From Myxococcota bacterium (GTDB lineage Bacteria; Myxococcota_A; Polyangia; Polyangiales; Houyiibacteriaceae): a DNA stretch of 64,000 nucleotides. The first letter of the stretch is position 1, and every line of letters begins with the position of its first letter. Under the pieces are notes generated by a model. The model did no database searches and was not told the DNA's origin. It saw nothing but the letters and a program-made list of their open reading frames with translations. The stretch spans positions 1-64,000 of the forward strand of contig JBCCEA010000023.1 of NCBI GenBank assembly GCA_039030515.1. Direction: 5' to 3'. Positions 8,458-18,983 of the stretch are shown piece after piece. The position numbers and the translations under genes were made by a program.

Positions 8458-10902
8458 GTGCCCCGCCTGAACCGCCTAAGGGATCGCTGCCGCTCGATGA
8501 TCCACTCGCCTCGCCGCTCCCAGAAACCGACCCTCGATGGAACCACGCATCGCTTTGGAACCGTGCCGCGTTCATCAGCGCACTCGAAGTACGGGCTCCG
8601 TGGTGCGCTTGGTGTACCGTGCTCTGAGACGGGCATTCCATGCTCGCTTGGATCCACATTCGCTGTCCGCTTGCTGGCTCTCTCCCTCGGGATGTCGGCG
8701 GCGTGCGCCACCACTCCACCGGGACGCTACGGCGTCGACACGCTGAACATTCGGGGCACGAAACATGTCGACGACCGAGCACTCATGGCATGCCTCGCGA
8801 CACAAAACCGGGAGCACCTCTCCATCAACTTCGGGCTTTCAGGCAGCACGGAATGCAATGAACCCCCGTTTGATTCGAATCACTGGACGCTCCGACTTTG
8901 GCGATGGCCTTGGTCCTCATGGCCGGTGTACGACCGCACCGTGCTCGAGCGCGATCTCGTTCGCATCGAACGGTGGTATCGCGCCCGTGGCTACTACAAC
9001 GCGAGAGTCATCGAGGCGGAGTTCCATCCCGCAGAGGCATCCCAGAGCGACCGGATTCGTGAGAGCGACCTGCCCGCATGTCGACAGGTCCGTGGCGGTG
9101 GCTGCCGCCTCGACATCGAAATTACCGTAGAAGAGGGCACCCCGGTCCGGATTCGCTCCATCGATGTCACCGGCGACGAGTTCCTGCCTCCGAAGCTTCA
9201 ACGCAAATTACGCAGCCGAATTCAGTTCCAAGTTGGGGATCCTTTCGACGAAGCACTTCATGACCGCTCCAAACAGCTTATGGTGGAGACCCTGCGACGC
9301 ATCTCCCGAGCTTGCGCGCTCATCACCGCGGAAGTGCGGATCGATAACGAAGACGCAACCGCAGAACTCCACTATCGGATTCGTCCGGGGCCGAAGACGA
9401 TCGTCGGTAAAGTCTCCGTCGAGCAGCAAGGCGAACAGGCAAACAGCGAATCCGATCGAAGACGAATGGAGGCGCCGATTTTGGCCGCAGCCGATCTTCG
9501 AGCAGGGGAGGACTACAGCCAAGACGCGATCGTGGAAGGTCAAGCCGCAGTGTACGCTCTGGGCGCCTTCGCATCGGTGGTAGTAGAAGCGCAAGTTAAT
9601 GAAACGACTTGCGGCATTGAGTACGAAAACGACGATGAGGGATTACCGCAAACCTCGGTTGCGGAGGACTGGGAGGACCAAACTGTTTCCATACCAATTA
9701 CGATTCAGGTCCAACAAGGCCGAAAAATCCGAGGGGGCATTGGGGCTGGCATCACCGCAGGAACCGTGAATCGAGGAGCGACCACACAACAGCAAGACAG
9801 TATTCCGCAATGGGACACGCATCTCATCGGCACGCTCAAGCTAAGAAATCGCTGGCTGGGACAGCTGACTCTCGAAGACAGGCCACGGTTGATTTTCAAG
9901 GACCGTTTCCCTGGAGTCGATGAAGCATTTGCGATCGGTAACACGGCCCGAATCTCTTTTCGTCAACCGTGGAGAACGTTTCCCAGAAATATCTTCATTA
10001 GCCAAATTGAATACGACGTTGGACCTGACGACTACAACCTGTACTCGAGACACGTATTCGATGGCTCTTTCGGCATTGAACGCTCTTTTTCTCACGCACT
10101 AGATACTCGACGCGCCCGTATATTCGTCCAAGGACTGTTTCTTCGGACCAATCTGAATTCGCCTTTTGCGGATGAGGATTCCGATGACGGTATCGATCCT
10201 CCTTCCAACTACCGAGTGATTTTTTCGGAGGTCAATGCGTCTCTAGATCTCAGAGATGATCCGCAAAAGCCTCATTCCGGAATCTACTTTGGTCTTGGGG
10301 TCCAAGCATCTCCCTTTCGGTTTCTGTCCTCCTGGAATTCGTACTATCGACTCACTCCAGATAGCCGATTGTACATCCCCTTGGGCCGCCAGATCGTCGT
10401 CGCTGCACGCTTTGCACTCGGTGCCGTATTTGCACAGGCCTCGAAAAATACCCGCCTCGACACGGAAAGCGCCGAACGGGGCCCCTACCCTTTTCGGCTA
10501 AGAGGAGGGGGACCCAACAGCAATCGCGGTTTCCTAGCTGGTGAACTTGGATCTCCAAATGCAGGCGATCTGGTATTTCAGCCGGTCTTGGGTGGAATCC
10601 GCCGGTGGGAATCGTCGGTAGAACTTCGTGCTCCTCTGACTGAAAATCTTGGGCTCGCCGGCTTCTTTGATATGGGTGACGTGAATACTCAAAAGCAGTT
10701 TCGGTTCCACTATCTACATGCCTCAACCGGAGCAGGACTACGATACAATACGTTGGTCGGACCGATTCGTCTAGATATGGGTTTTAGACTCCCACGACTC
10801 CAAGTCATCGGAAACGGAACAAGTGTCGCGAGTCGTGAAGTGCGAATTTTCGGGATTCAGTATCTGGGCGCAGTGCACATCAGCCTTGGAGAGTCCTTCT
10901 AA
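8458..10902 (+). CDS. Omp85/BamA-TamA family outer membrane protein (true start probably downstream of 8458)
   Basis: POTRA motifs (DLVRIERWYRARGYYNARV, IEITVEEG), barrel motifs (NRGF, FFDMGDV, GAGLRYNTLVGPIRLD), terminal GESF; lipobox-like SAAC. Confidence 0.9.
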   Translation: MPRLNRLRDRCRSMIHSPRRSQKPTLDGTTHRFGTVPRSSAHSKYGLRGALGVPCSETGIPCSLGSTFAVRLLALSLGMSAACATTPPGRYGVDTLNIRGTKHVDDRALMACLATQNREHLSINFGLSGSTECNEPPFDSNHWTLRLWRWPWSSWPVYDRTVLERDLVRIERWYRARGYYNARVIEAEFHPAEASQSDRIRESDLPACRQVRGGGCRLDIEITVEEGTPVRIRSIDVTGDEFLPPKLQRKLRSRIQFQVGDPFDEALHDRSKQLMVETLRRISRACALITAEVRIDNEDATAELHYRIRPGPKTIVGKVSVEQQGEQANSESDRRRMEAPILAAADLRAGEDYSQDAIVEGQAAVYALGAFASVVVEAQVNETTCGIEYENDDEGLPQTSVAEDWEDQTVSIPITIQVQQGRKIRGGIGAGITAGTVNRGATTQQQDSIPQWDTHLIGTLKLRNRWLGQLTLEDRPRLIFKDRFPGVDEAFAIGNTARISFRQPWRTFPRNIFISQIEYDVGPDDYNLYSRHVFDGSFGIERSFSHALDTRRARIFVQGLFLRTNLNSPFADEDSDDGIDPPSNYRVIFSEVNASLDLRDDPQKPHSGIYFGLGVQASPFRFLSSWNSYYRLTPDSRLYIPLGRQIVVAARFALGAVFAQASKNTRLDTESAERGPYPFRLRGGGPNSNRGFLAGELGSPNAGDLVFQPVLGGIRRWESSVELRAPLTENLGLAGFFDMGDVNTQKQFRFHYLHASTGAGLRYNTLVGPIRLDMGFRLPRLQVIGNGTSVASREVRIFGIQYLGAVHISLGESF

Positions 10903-13900
10903 TGCTTACGTGCCTTCGTGGTGTACTGCGCCTGTCTCTGCTCGTAGCGATATTTGCATTCGCCATTACTGTTAGTACGACTTATCATGGACGCTTACCG
11001 ATCACTAGGCGCGTAGTTCGAAACACGTTAAACGCATTCGTCACCCACGAAATCTCAGGCCGACTGAATATCGCACAAATAGATTCGTTGAACCCGAGGG
11101 AAATTGTAACTCGAAACATCACCTTATTTGACGCAGACGGCAGTCGCGCAATTCATGCGAAACAAATCGTGCTTGCACTTGATCTCTGGTCTGCACTCCA
11201 GGGAAGACTACATTTCACGAAAGCGGTCTTGTCCGATGGTACGGTCTGGCTGAAGCCGGGAGAGGAAGAACTGCCAAAGGTCATCGAGGCATTCAATAGT
11301 TCGGATTTGACTAGCGTTGAAGAAAACGGCAGTCCTCTGCACGCGATTGTCGATGGAATGCGTCTCGAAAACGTACTCCTTCTTGGCACTCTACTGGGAC
11401 TCGACGGGTTGAGGGTCGCAGACGTTTCAGCAACGGGCAAGCTCGAATCAAAGGACGGAGTGCTAACGATTCAAGTGCGGGGCGCTAAGGGTCAGGTTAC
11501 GAAACCTTTTCCATTCATCGGGATCGTCGAGGATCTGAACGCGCTTGTCGACACAAGGCCTCATCGCGGAAGCACTCTAACGGCAAAGCTCTTTCGAAAG
11601 GATACAGAGGAGGAAGGCTCGGTGGAGCTTTCCTATCGAGTACCGGAAGATCAAACGGAAGAATCGGATTCAATACTCGACCTTCGCATCAAGGCCGATC
11701 CGATCGAGGCGCCTACCGTACTCGACCTTGGTTTCGGCTTCATGCGATTCTTCAAAGGCAAGATAAAGGGAGATGTGCAGCTCATAGGCCTAGCACCTGC
11801 GCTATCGCTTAACTCTTACCTTGAAGTCGACGGTGGTGAAGTTCAGCTCAACGGCACGCTGGGAGAGCAGGTCGAAATCGCGATAACCACTCCTGGACTC
11901 GAATTAGCCCGCTCGGTTCAAAACGCTCCAGAAATCTTGATCGGTGGCGCCCTAAATATCGTATCAGCAGCACAAAATGAAAACCCAGTCCCGGGGCAAA
12001 GCGATTCCAAGACAGATTCCGAGTTCGAAGTTACTGCAGATCTAGAGCCGTGTACCTATGACGGGTGGAAGATTCCCGCATTTTCCCTGCAGGGCGTGGG
12101 CGACGAAAATGGGTTCCGCCTAGACGAAGCAACGGCTCGGCACCGAAACGGAACCCTAAAGCTAAGTGGCCGATTCGATGACGATGGAGACGTCGATCTC
12201 CAAGCATTTGTGCTGATAGCAGAGCTTCTTCATGACCCCAATGCACAGCACCTCTTGTCGGGATCGCAGGGAACACTGAGCAGCAATCTCAGAATTAAGA
12301 TGAATGTGATGCAGGAATCCCCGAAAGTGGCAGTTCGAGGTACCGCAGAGATATCGAGATTTAAATATCACACACTTTACGCAGAACTAATAGAGGCAAA
12401 TGGGTTCTTCGAAAGCCAGAGGTCCACACCTACCGTTGAAGTAAAGGCCGATGTATCCTCGGTATACGTAGGAGACTATCCTCTTGGGGAGGGAACACTA
12501 CAGGTCAAGGGAGAAGCAGGAGCCTACGAGTCGAATGTAGCCTTACGTACTGCGGACAGACGAACCGTCTCTGCTAATTCTCAAATTAAATACAAGCCCG
12601 GTGGATACGCGACCATCAACATTCCTGAAATACGGCTCGGTTTCGGCCGGAACCGCTACGCAGGGTTCGTGCGCAATCTGGCGTACCGCCCAGGCCGCGA
12701 CGTTAGCGTCGAGGCAATTCAACTCGCGTCGGCTACGCAATCTATTCGGGCTCTAGGTGTCATTCGATTTCGTGGGCCGGACTACATCGAAGCCCACATG
12801 CAAAAGGTTTCATTGGAGCTGCTGCCCTTTTTATTTGGAAACGCCGTGCCGGAGGTACATGGGCATGCCGATCTCGATATTGTCCTGGCAGCAAGTCTCG
12901 CAAGCCCTTCCGTAGAAGCTCAATTGAAACTTATCGATGCAAAATTATACGGCATCAATGCAATAAACACATCTCTCAAGCTGAACTACGTCGACGGGGT
13001 TATGAACATCGAGGGAGATTTCGATCTTGCGCGTAGCGGGCAATTTACTCTGGTAGGCAACGGAGTCTTGGATCCTAGGGAGATCTTGCGTAATCCAAGG
13101 GAGACACTGCAAACCGGCATCTTCGACTTGGCGCTCAGTGCAGAAGGCGCGAGCCTAAACTTGCTGGAGCAGCTCGGCGTTTTAGGCATGGAAGGGTCCG
13201 AAGGAAACGTCTCGGGGGAGGTAGAGCTCCGCGGGACTCCGGAAATCCCAAGCTTCAATGCGCGGCTCACAGGCACAGAACTGGCTTTGCCCGGCTGGCC
13301 GACAGTCGATGTCCAAACGGAGTTCAGCTACGACATGGGAGTATTTCAGGGAAACGTGAACGTCGGTGACCGTCAAGGACCACTAGGCAGCGTGGAGGCG
13401 AGCGCAGTTGTCGACCTCATGCGCCTCATCGATGCTCCCAAAGACGTCATTGCGACGCTAGGCGTCCTGCCTTGGACACTTTCACTGCGACAAGAGCCGA
13501 GGCGCCTACTCGAACTTCCGTTGGCGATTCAAGAAAAACTAAGTATTCCAGACTGGCTGGGACCGCTTCGAGTGGGCGGTTCGGCAACCCTACACAGCAG
13601 TGCCGGCATCTCTCTTGGAGACGTAGCTGCAACGTTTCTATGGGATGCTCCGATCACTGGAGTTTGCGGAACCGAGGGACGTCCGCGTGCATTCCTCAGA
13701 GGTCACCTAGAGGACGACCGAATTTCATTGAACGCAGACGGCATGCTTGGTCCAAGTCGGGTGATCCAAATCACCTCCGACGCGGAGCTTCCTTTAGGCA
13801 CCTGGCTTGCAGACGCGACTGCGCCTGAACGACCTCAAATCCGAGGAGAAATTAAGATCGAAGACGTACCGCTCGGCGACGTCCCGCTCGTATGTGAGCA

Positions 13901-15572
13901 TGTGTCAGGGCCATGGAACGCTGCTCTTCAGATCGAAAATCTACTTGGAGATCGACCCATGGCGCATCTGAGTATGAACTCACAGGGCCTTCGACTGCGT
14001 CGCTTTTCGGAGAGCGCAGGACGTGAAGAAATCTTGGCAACGAGTCCACTCGACACCGAAATCGAAGCAACTATCAACACGCATAAAGCAGATATCAGTG
14101 GATGGATTGGCTCGGGACCCTCGCAGCAGATCCAATTCGAGGGAGATACAGATGTCGTTTGGGACTACGAGCACCCGATTCCTTACGTTGCCGACAGCAC
14201 ACCGGTAGACGCCGAAGCCAACCTCGTCAACGCTCCACTGTCGGTGATACTTGCACCGATACCCCAGTTCTCCGGAGTACGCGGCGAGGCCAACGGAAAC
14301 ATAAGGATCCGTGGCACGCTGGGAGAACCACAGTTTATTGGCGGATTCGGAATCCAAGACGGGTACATCGGCGTCAATTCACTCGGCCAACATCTCAGTG
14401 AAGTTTCAGGATCAATGCAACTTGATGGCAAGAAGGCTGAGTTGCGCGAGCTTTTGGCTCGAGATCAGGAGGGATCACTCGTCGCACAGGGAACGTTCGA
14501 TTTTGAAGGCTGGACACCAGCACGCGCATCACTCGGACTGCGAGTCCGACGTTTCCCTGTGCGCCAAGAGGGCTCACTGGTTGCCCAGCTCAACGGAAAT
14601 CTCGACTTCGGAGCCACACTGACCGACAACCGCCTCAATGCCGAACTCGATCTTATTGACCTTGAGGCAAGTCTGCCGGAGGTTGTCGGGCGGACCCTTC
14701 AGGGGTTGGAGGAGCATCCAGACGTGACCTACGCGCGACGTGCTTCTGCGGGGTCCCAACCGGATCCTGCGTACCGATTTCTGGTCCGAGTGCACACACC
14801 TTCGCCGTTTTGGATGCGCAGACGAGATTTCGAAGCACTGATCGATCTCGAGGGATTCAAGATCAAGTACGCAGATCCTGCATTCAAAGTGAGAGGTGTT
14901 GCAACCATCAAACGTGGCTTCTTCGAGGTCTATGCAAAGCGATTCGAAGTCGAAAATGCCATTCTCACGTTTCGCGACAACGACACGGAGATAAACCCCC
15001 AGGTACGCCTCCAAGCCCGCCATGACACCAGCGAGGGCGACGTCGTTCGGGTCAACGTAGTAGGTACACTCGCCAACCCGCAGATCACTTTCTCTGCTGC
15101 AAATAGCAATTGTGAAACCGAAGGAGAGATACTGACAATGCTGGTGACGGGCCGATGTGAGGCAAGCGACGATACCGGACTTGGCGTCACAACGGAGGGA
15201 GCGGAACAAGCAGCAAACTTCCTTGCAGGGGTCACTGCAGGACTATTCACTTTCTCTCTGCAACAACAACTCGGAACCCAACTGCCTTCCATTGCAGTCG
15301 AAGCTGGAGACGATGCCTTTCGGAGCGCACGTGTTCGTGTGGGCTATCGATTTGACGATCTACTGCCTCCGTGGCTTCGGACATTCGTACAAGGAGTCTA
15401 TCTCGAGGGTTCGATCACCGCCGGGGGAGACGAAGAAAATACAACCTCCGCCGCGACCCAAAATCAAGGACTCGGCCTTCTCTTGCAGCTCGACTTCCCT
15501 CGGAATATCGTGGGAACAACCACTGTGAGTCCTCCTGCAGGATTCAGTTTCGACCTTACATGGGAGCCATAA
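10902..15572 (+). CDS. tamB: Translocation/assembly module TamB (AsmA-like/DUF490) protein
   Basis: N-terminal TM anchor, long beta-rich body, DUF490-like C-terminus (KRFEVENA..TF..INPQV, VVGTLANPQITFS). Start overlaps the Omp85 stop (TAATG). Confidence 0.8.
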   Translation: MLTCLRGVLRLSLLVAIFAFAITVSTTYHGRLPITRRVVRNTLNAFVTHEISGRLNIAQIDSLNPREIVTRNITLFDADGSRAIHAKQIVLALDLWSALQGRLHFTKAVLSDGTVWLKPGEEELPKVIEAFNSSDLTSVEENGSPLHAIVDGMRLENVLLLGTLLGLDGLRVADVSATGKLESKDGVLTIQVRGAKGQVTKPFPFIGIVEDLNALVDTRPHRGSTLTAKLFRKDTEEEGSVELSYRVPEDQTEESDSILDLRIKADPIEAPTVLDLGFGFMRFFKGKIKGDVQLIGLAPALSLNSYLEVDGGEVQLNGTLGEQVEIAITTPGLELARSVQNAPEILIGGALNIVSAAQNENPVPGQSDSKTDSEFEVTADLEPCTYDGWKIPAFSLQGVGDENGFRLDEATARHRNGTLKLSGRFDDDGDVDLQAFVLIAELLHDPNAQHLLSGSQGTLSSNLRIKMNVMQESPKVAVRGTAEISRFKYHTLYAELIEANGFFESQRSTPTVEVKADVSSVYVGDYPLGEGTLQVKGEAGAYESNVALRTADRRTVSANSQIKYKPGGYATINIPEIRLGFGRNRYAGFVRNLAYRPGRDVSVEAIQLASATQSIRALGVIRFRGPDYIEAHMQKVSLELLPFLFGNAVPEVHGHADLDIVLAASLASPSVEAQLKLIDAKLYGINAINTSLKLNYVDGVMNIEGDFDLARSGQFTLVGNGVLDPREILRNPRETLQTGIFDLALSAEGASLNLLEQLGVLGMEGSEGNVSGEVELRGTPEIPSFNARLTGTELALPGWPTVDVQTEFSYDMGVFQGNVNVGDRQGPLGSVEASAVVDLMRLIDAPKDVIATLGVLPWTLSLRQEPRRLLELPLAIQEKLSIPDWLGPLRVGGSATLHSSAGISLGDVAATFLWDAPITGVCGTEGRPRAFLRGHLEDDRISLNADGMLGPSRVIQITSDAELPLGTWLADATAPERPQIRGEIKIEDVPLGDVPLVCEHVSGPWNAALQIENLLGDRPMAHLSMNSQGLRLRRFSESAGREEILATSPLDTEIEATINTHKADISGWIGSGPSQQIQFEGDTDVVWDYEHPIPYVADSTPVDAEANLVNAPLSVILAPIPQFSGVRGEANGNIRIRGTLGEPQFIGGFGIQDGYIGVNSLGQHLSEVSGSMQLDGKKAELRELLARDQEGSLVAQGTFDFEGWTPARASLGLRVRRFPVRQEGSLVAQLNGNLDFGATLTDNRLNAELDLIDLEASLPEVVGRTLQGLEEHPDVTYARRASAGSQPDPAYRFLVRVHTPSPFWMRRRDFEALIDLEGFKIKYADPAFKVRGVATIKRGFFEVYAKRFEVENAILTFRDNDTEINPQVRLQARHDTSEGDVVRVNVVGTLANPQITFSAANSNCETEGEILTMLVTGRCEASDDTGLGVTTEGAEQAANFLAGVTAGLFTFSLQQQLGTQLPSIAVEAGDDAFRSARVRVGYRFDDLLPPWLRTFVQGVYLEGSITAGGDEENTTSAATQNQGLGLLLQLDFPRNIVGTTTVSPPAGFSFDLTWEP

Positions 15573-15576
15573 ACCT

Positions 15577-16938
15577 ATGAAGCGTTTGCTCTTCGGCACA
15601 GATGGAATCCGTGGAGAGGCCAATCGCGGCCACATGACTCCAGAAATTGCCTTCCGAATCGGAGCCGCAGTTACCTATCAAATGCGAAAACGCTCGGAGC
15701 AACGACCACGTATTGTCATCGGCAAAGACACTCGCATCTCGGGATATTTATTCGAAACCGCGCTGGCATCGGGAATCTGCACTATGGGTGGACAAGTGAT
15801 GTTGTCAGGACCTCTACCCACCCCCGCAGTAGCGCATCTCACCACCAGCATGCGTGCAGATGCAGGGTTCGTCATAAGCGCATCCCATAATCCCTACGGA
15901 GACAACGGGATAAAGATCTTTGGGCACGATGGATTCAAACTCCCAGACTCTGAAGAGTATGAACTTGAGAAACTCATCGCTAGCGAGGAAATTGACCGGA
16001 AGAGGCCTCGCGGAACGGGAATCGGAAACGCAATTCGATTGGACGACGCTCCTGGACGCTACGTATCCTTTGTCAAGGCTACATTCCCACCCGCTCTCAC
16101 CCTTGACGGAATCAAAATAGTCGTCGACGCGGCTCACGGTGCCGCCTATCGAACAGCGCCATTGGTTTTCTCAGAACTTGGAGCGACGGTATTTCCATTG
16201 GGAGTCAAACCGAACGGCAAAAATATCAACGAGCGCTGTGGTGCACTCCATCCTGAGCATGCTTCGCGAGAGGTAAGGAAGCGCAAAGCTCACTGTGGAC
16301 TGGCACTCGACGGTGACGCAGACCGAGTGATCTTGGTCGACGAGAAGGGCCAGGTTGTTGATGGGGATACCGTCATGGCCCTGTGCGCGAGCAGGATGCT
16401 GCAAAAAAAGACACTTCGGAAAAAGACGGTTGTTGCCACGGTGATGAGCAACCTCGGATTGGAGAAAGCGGTCGCTTCCGCGGGTGGAACACTGCGACGC
16501 TGTCCAGTCGGCGATCGCTACGTGGTGGAGGAGATGCGCAAACGAGGACTAAACTTTGGAGGAGAACAGTCGGGCCATCTCATCTTTCTCGACCACGCGA
16601 CAACCGGAGACGGTCTCGTAGCCGCGCTTCAGGTCTTAGCTATCCTACGGGAGGAGGGGCGTGATCTATCGGAACTTGCGGCAGATGCGATGGAGCGGGT
16701 GCCACAGACCTTGCTAAGCGTACGGCTCTCCCAAAGACGACCGCTGTCTGAAATGCCGAGCACTTGCAAGAAGATCGATGCCTGCACAGAAATACTCGGC
16801 ACCGATGGGAGGGTATTGGTGCGTTGGAGCGGAACCGAGTCGAAGCTTCGGATCATGGTCGAAGGGCCAAGCAAGCAACAGATAGAAAGGCTCGCGACTC
16901 AGATCGCCAAGGCTGCCGAGAAAGAGCTGGGTGGTTAG
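15577..16938 (+). CDS. glmM: Phosphoglucosamine mutase
   Basis: LFGTDGIRG, SASHNP, DGDADR, GGEQSGH. Confidence 0.97.
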   Translation: MKRLLFGTDGIRGEANRGHMTPEIAFRIGAAVTYQMRKRSEQRPRIVIGKDTRISGYLFETALASGICTMGGQVMLSGPLPTPAVAHLTTSMRADAGFVISASHNPYGDNGIKIFGHDGFKLPDSEEYELEKLIASEEIDRKRPRGTGIGNAIRLDDAPGRYVSFVKATFPPALTLDGIKIVVDAAHGAAYRTAPLVFSELGATVFPLGVKPNGKNINERCGALHPEHASREVRKRKAHCGLALDGDADRVILVDEKGQVVDGDTVMALCASRMLQKKTLRKKTVVATVMSNLGLEKAVASAGGTLRRCPVGDRYVVEEMRKRGLNFGGEQSGHLIFLDHATTGDGLVAALQVLAILREEGRDLSELAADAMERVPQTLLSVRLSQRRPLSEMPSTCKKIDACTEILGTDGRVLVRWSGTESKLRIMVEGPSKQQIERLATQIAKAAEKELGG

Positions 16939-16977
16939 TGAGTCAGTCCTGCGTCTGACGAATTGTAGGCCGTAGCT

Positions 16978-17913
16978 CTAGCGCGACATCGAAGCGAAGA
17001 TTTCGGGCGGTTCCACCTTCTGAGCAACTACTCCACCGGGCAAGGGCTGGACCTCTACCTTGAGCTCGCGCGCCCCCGCGCCGGGCACCAGATCATCGAC
17101 GCGAACGAAGGGAACAACGCGCCGCGCTTGAATATCCGCCACTCGATTTGGTTGTCCAACCACGGTAACATCGACCACTGCAGGGCGAAGCCTCACCCGA
17201 CCTGTTCCTCCAAGAACGGTAATCGGCAGCGCACGATAGGTTTCCTTGGCGACTTCCGGGCTAATCTCAAATGAAACCCGGACTGAGCTGCGCCCGATAT
17301 ATTCAGCATGATCTGGAACCCTGGCAAGCCGCACCGATTCAGTATGCCTGCCTGCCTCGAGTTCACTGACATCGATAGGCTCCGTCGCCGCAGCATTCAT
17401 TGTACCGATCTCCCGGTCGGGCCCTCGCAGCAAGACAGTGCGTGGGTTGACGGTCACCACTGGCTCCAACGCAAGACCCGCTGCGGGCTGGCCGATCATC
17501 CGAGCTCGAATAGGCAGCCTTCTCTCTACTCTGTCGGCCCACAACAAAGGGAAGGAAGACGGCGCGATGCTGACAATGCTCAAACCTGGAGGCAAATCAA
17601 AACCGGAAGGCTCGAAGTAGTAGTAACGCAAGCTCGGGTCGCTTACGTCGATGGTTACCGGAGCCAGTTGAGTCTCTGCAACCTGGGATCGGCTACCCTG
17701 AACGGTCACCTTTACTTTATCCGGAAGCTCACTCACCAACATCTTGCCGGTGGAGGCACTGGGAGGTAGCGCGGTGACGTCCGCATAGATCGCTCGCTGC
17801 ACGTCCTCTGCTCCTCGGACCATAGAAAACAAGAAAATTGCGATCGCGATGGAGAGAAGCTTGAGACCAAAATCGTGAACGAATATCCGACGTGCCGCTC
17901 GGCTTACGCTCAT
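16978..17913 (-). CDS. cdaR: CdaR/YbbR-domain diadenylate cyclase regulator
   Basis: N-terminal TM (KLLSIAIAIFLF), YbbR-like beta repeats (P..V.V.V.G), coupled to cdaA. Confidence 0.82.
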   Translation of the reverse strand: MSVSRAARRIFVHDFGLKLLSIAIAIFLFSMVRGAEDVQRAIYADVTALPPSASTGKMLVSELPDKVKVTVQGSRSQVAETQLAPVTIDVSDPSLRYYYFEPSGFDLPPGLSIVSIAPSSFPLLWADRVERRLPIRARMIGQPAAGLALEPVVTVNPRTVLLRGPDREIGTMNAAATEPIDVSELEAGRHTESVRLARVPDHAEYIGRSSVRVSFEISPEVAKETYRALPITVLGGTGRVRLRPAVVDVTVVGQPNRVADIQARRVVPFVRVDDLVPGAGARELKVEVQPLPGGVVAQKVEPPEIFASMSR

Positions 17914-18983
17914 CCACTCTTCTCCTCTGCCTTTTTTACGGCACGCGTGGCTATAGTCGCTGGAAGCGCTGAGCCTGGTTCCTTATCCTTCGAAGATTTG
18001 TCGCGGTCGTTCATATTACGTCGTAATACGCGCTCACTAGAAGGGTCTGTCCCGGTCTTTTGCGAGCTTCCTTGATCCTGCGCTCCCTCATTTACTAAAG
18101 ACACCTCGTGTATTGAGTCGCTAGAAACGCGTTCGGATACCTCTGAAGGCGGCTGCGCAGTCTGAATTCGCTTGCCGTTCTTCTCGCGAGTTCCCTTGTA
18201 AAACAGACCGTGCAGCGCCTCACGAAGCGACGGCGTATCGAGATTGCGAATGATGTTGCCACCGAATACGAGGCTGATGGCTCCTCGCTCTTCGCTAACG
18301 ACGACCACCACGGCATCTGTCTCCTCAGAAATACCGATGGCCGCTCGATGTCTCGCCCCCACCGTTCTGTCCAGCTTTGGACTCACCGAAAGCGGCAAGA
18401 AGGCTCCGGCCTGCCAAACTCGACCTTCGCGAACGATGACCGCGCCGTCATGCATCGGATTTTCAAAACTCGGTATAAAGATCCCGTATAGAAGCTCGTT
18501 GCTCATCGCCGCATCGATTTCCGTACCCTTTTCGATAAACTCGTCGAGAACGGCATTGCGTTCAAATACGATAAGGGCTCCCATGCGCCGCTGTGCAAGG
18601 GCGGATGCTGCCTTGATCACCTCTTCGATCACATGCGTTTCCCGGCCACCCGGCCTGCCGCGGAGAAAAGGGCGCTGCCCCACCCGCATAAGGGCTCTTC
18701 GAATATCGGACTGAAAGATAACCACCACAATCAACACGCTGTAGGTGAGGAGCGCATCGAGTAGCGTCCACATCGTGATGAGGCCGAAACGCTGTGCCAA
18801 CTGGTGGAGCATAAACACCAAGACCAACCCGATCGACATCTGCATTCCCCGGGTTCCCTTGATGAGCGACAATCCGCCGTAAACGAGCGTGGCAACGAAT
18901 CCAATATCGAACACATCGACGGCTACCGAAAACGCATCACGTTCAAAGAAACCCAAGAAACTATGCAGCAATTCCTCGATCAC
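17910..18983 (-). CDS. cdaA: Diadenylate cyclase CdaA (c-di-AMP synthase)
   Basis: Three N-terminal TMs, IFQSDIRRAL, GALIVFER, HDGA and RHRAA catalytic motifs, VVSEERG; low-complexity C-terminal tail. Confidence 0.95.
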   Translation of the reverse strand: MIEELLHSFLGFFERDAFSVAVDVFDIGFVATLVYGGLSLIKGTRGMQMSIGLVLVFMLHQLAQRFGLITMWTLLDALLTYSVLIVVVIFQSDIRRALMRVGQRPFLRGRPGGRETHVIEEVIKAASALAQRRMGALIVFERNAVLDEFIEKGTEIDAAMSNELLYGIFIPSFENPMHDGAVIVREGRVWQAGAFLPLSVSPKLDRTVGARHRAAIGISEETDAVVVVVSEERGAISLVFGGNIIRNLDTPSLREALHGLFYKGTREKNGKRIQTAQPPSEVSERVSSDSIHEVSLVNEGAQDQGSSQKTGTDPSSERVLRRNMNDRDKSSKDKEPGSALPATIATRAVKKAEEKSG

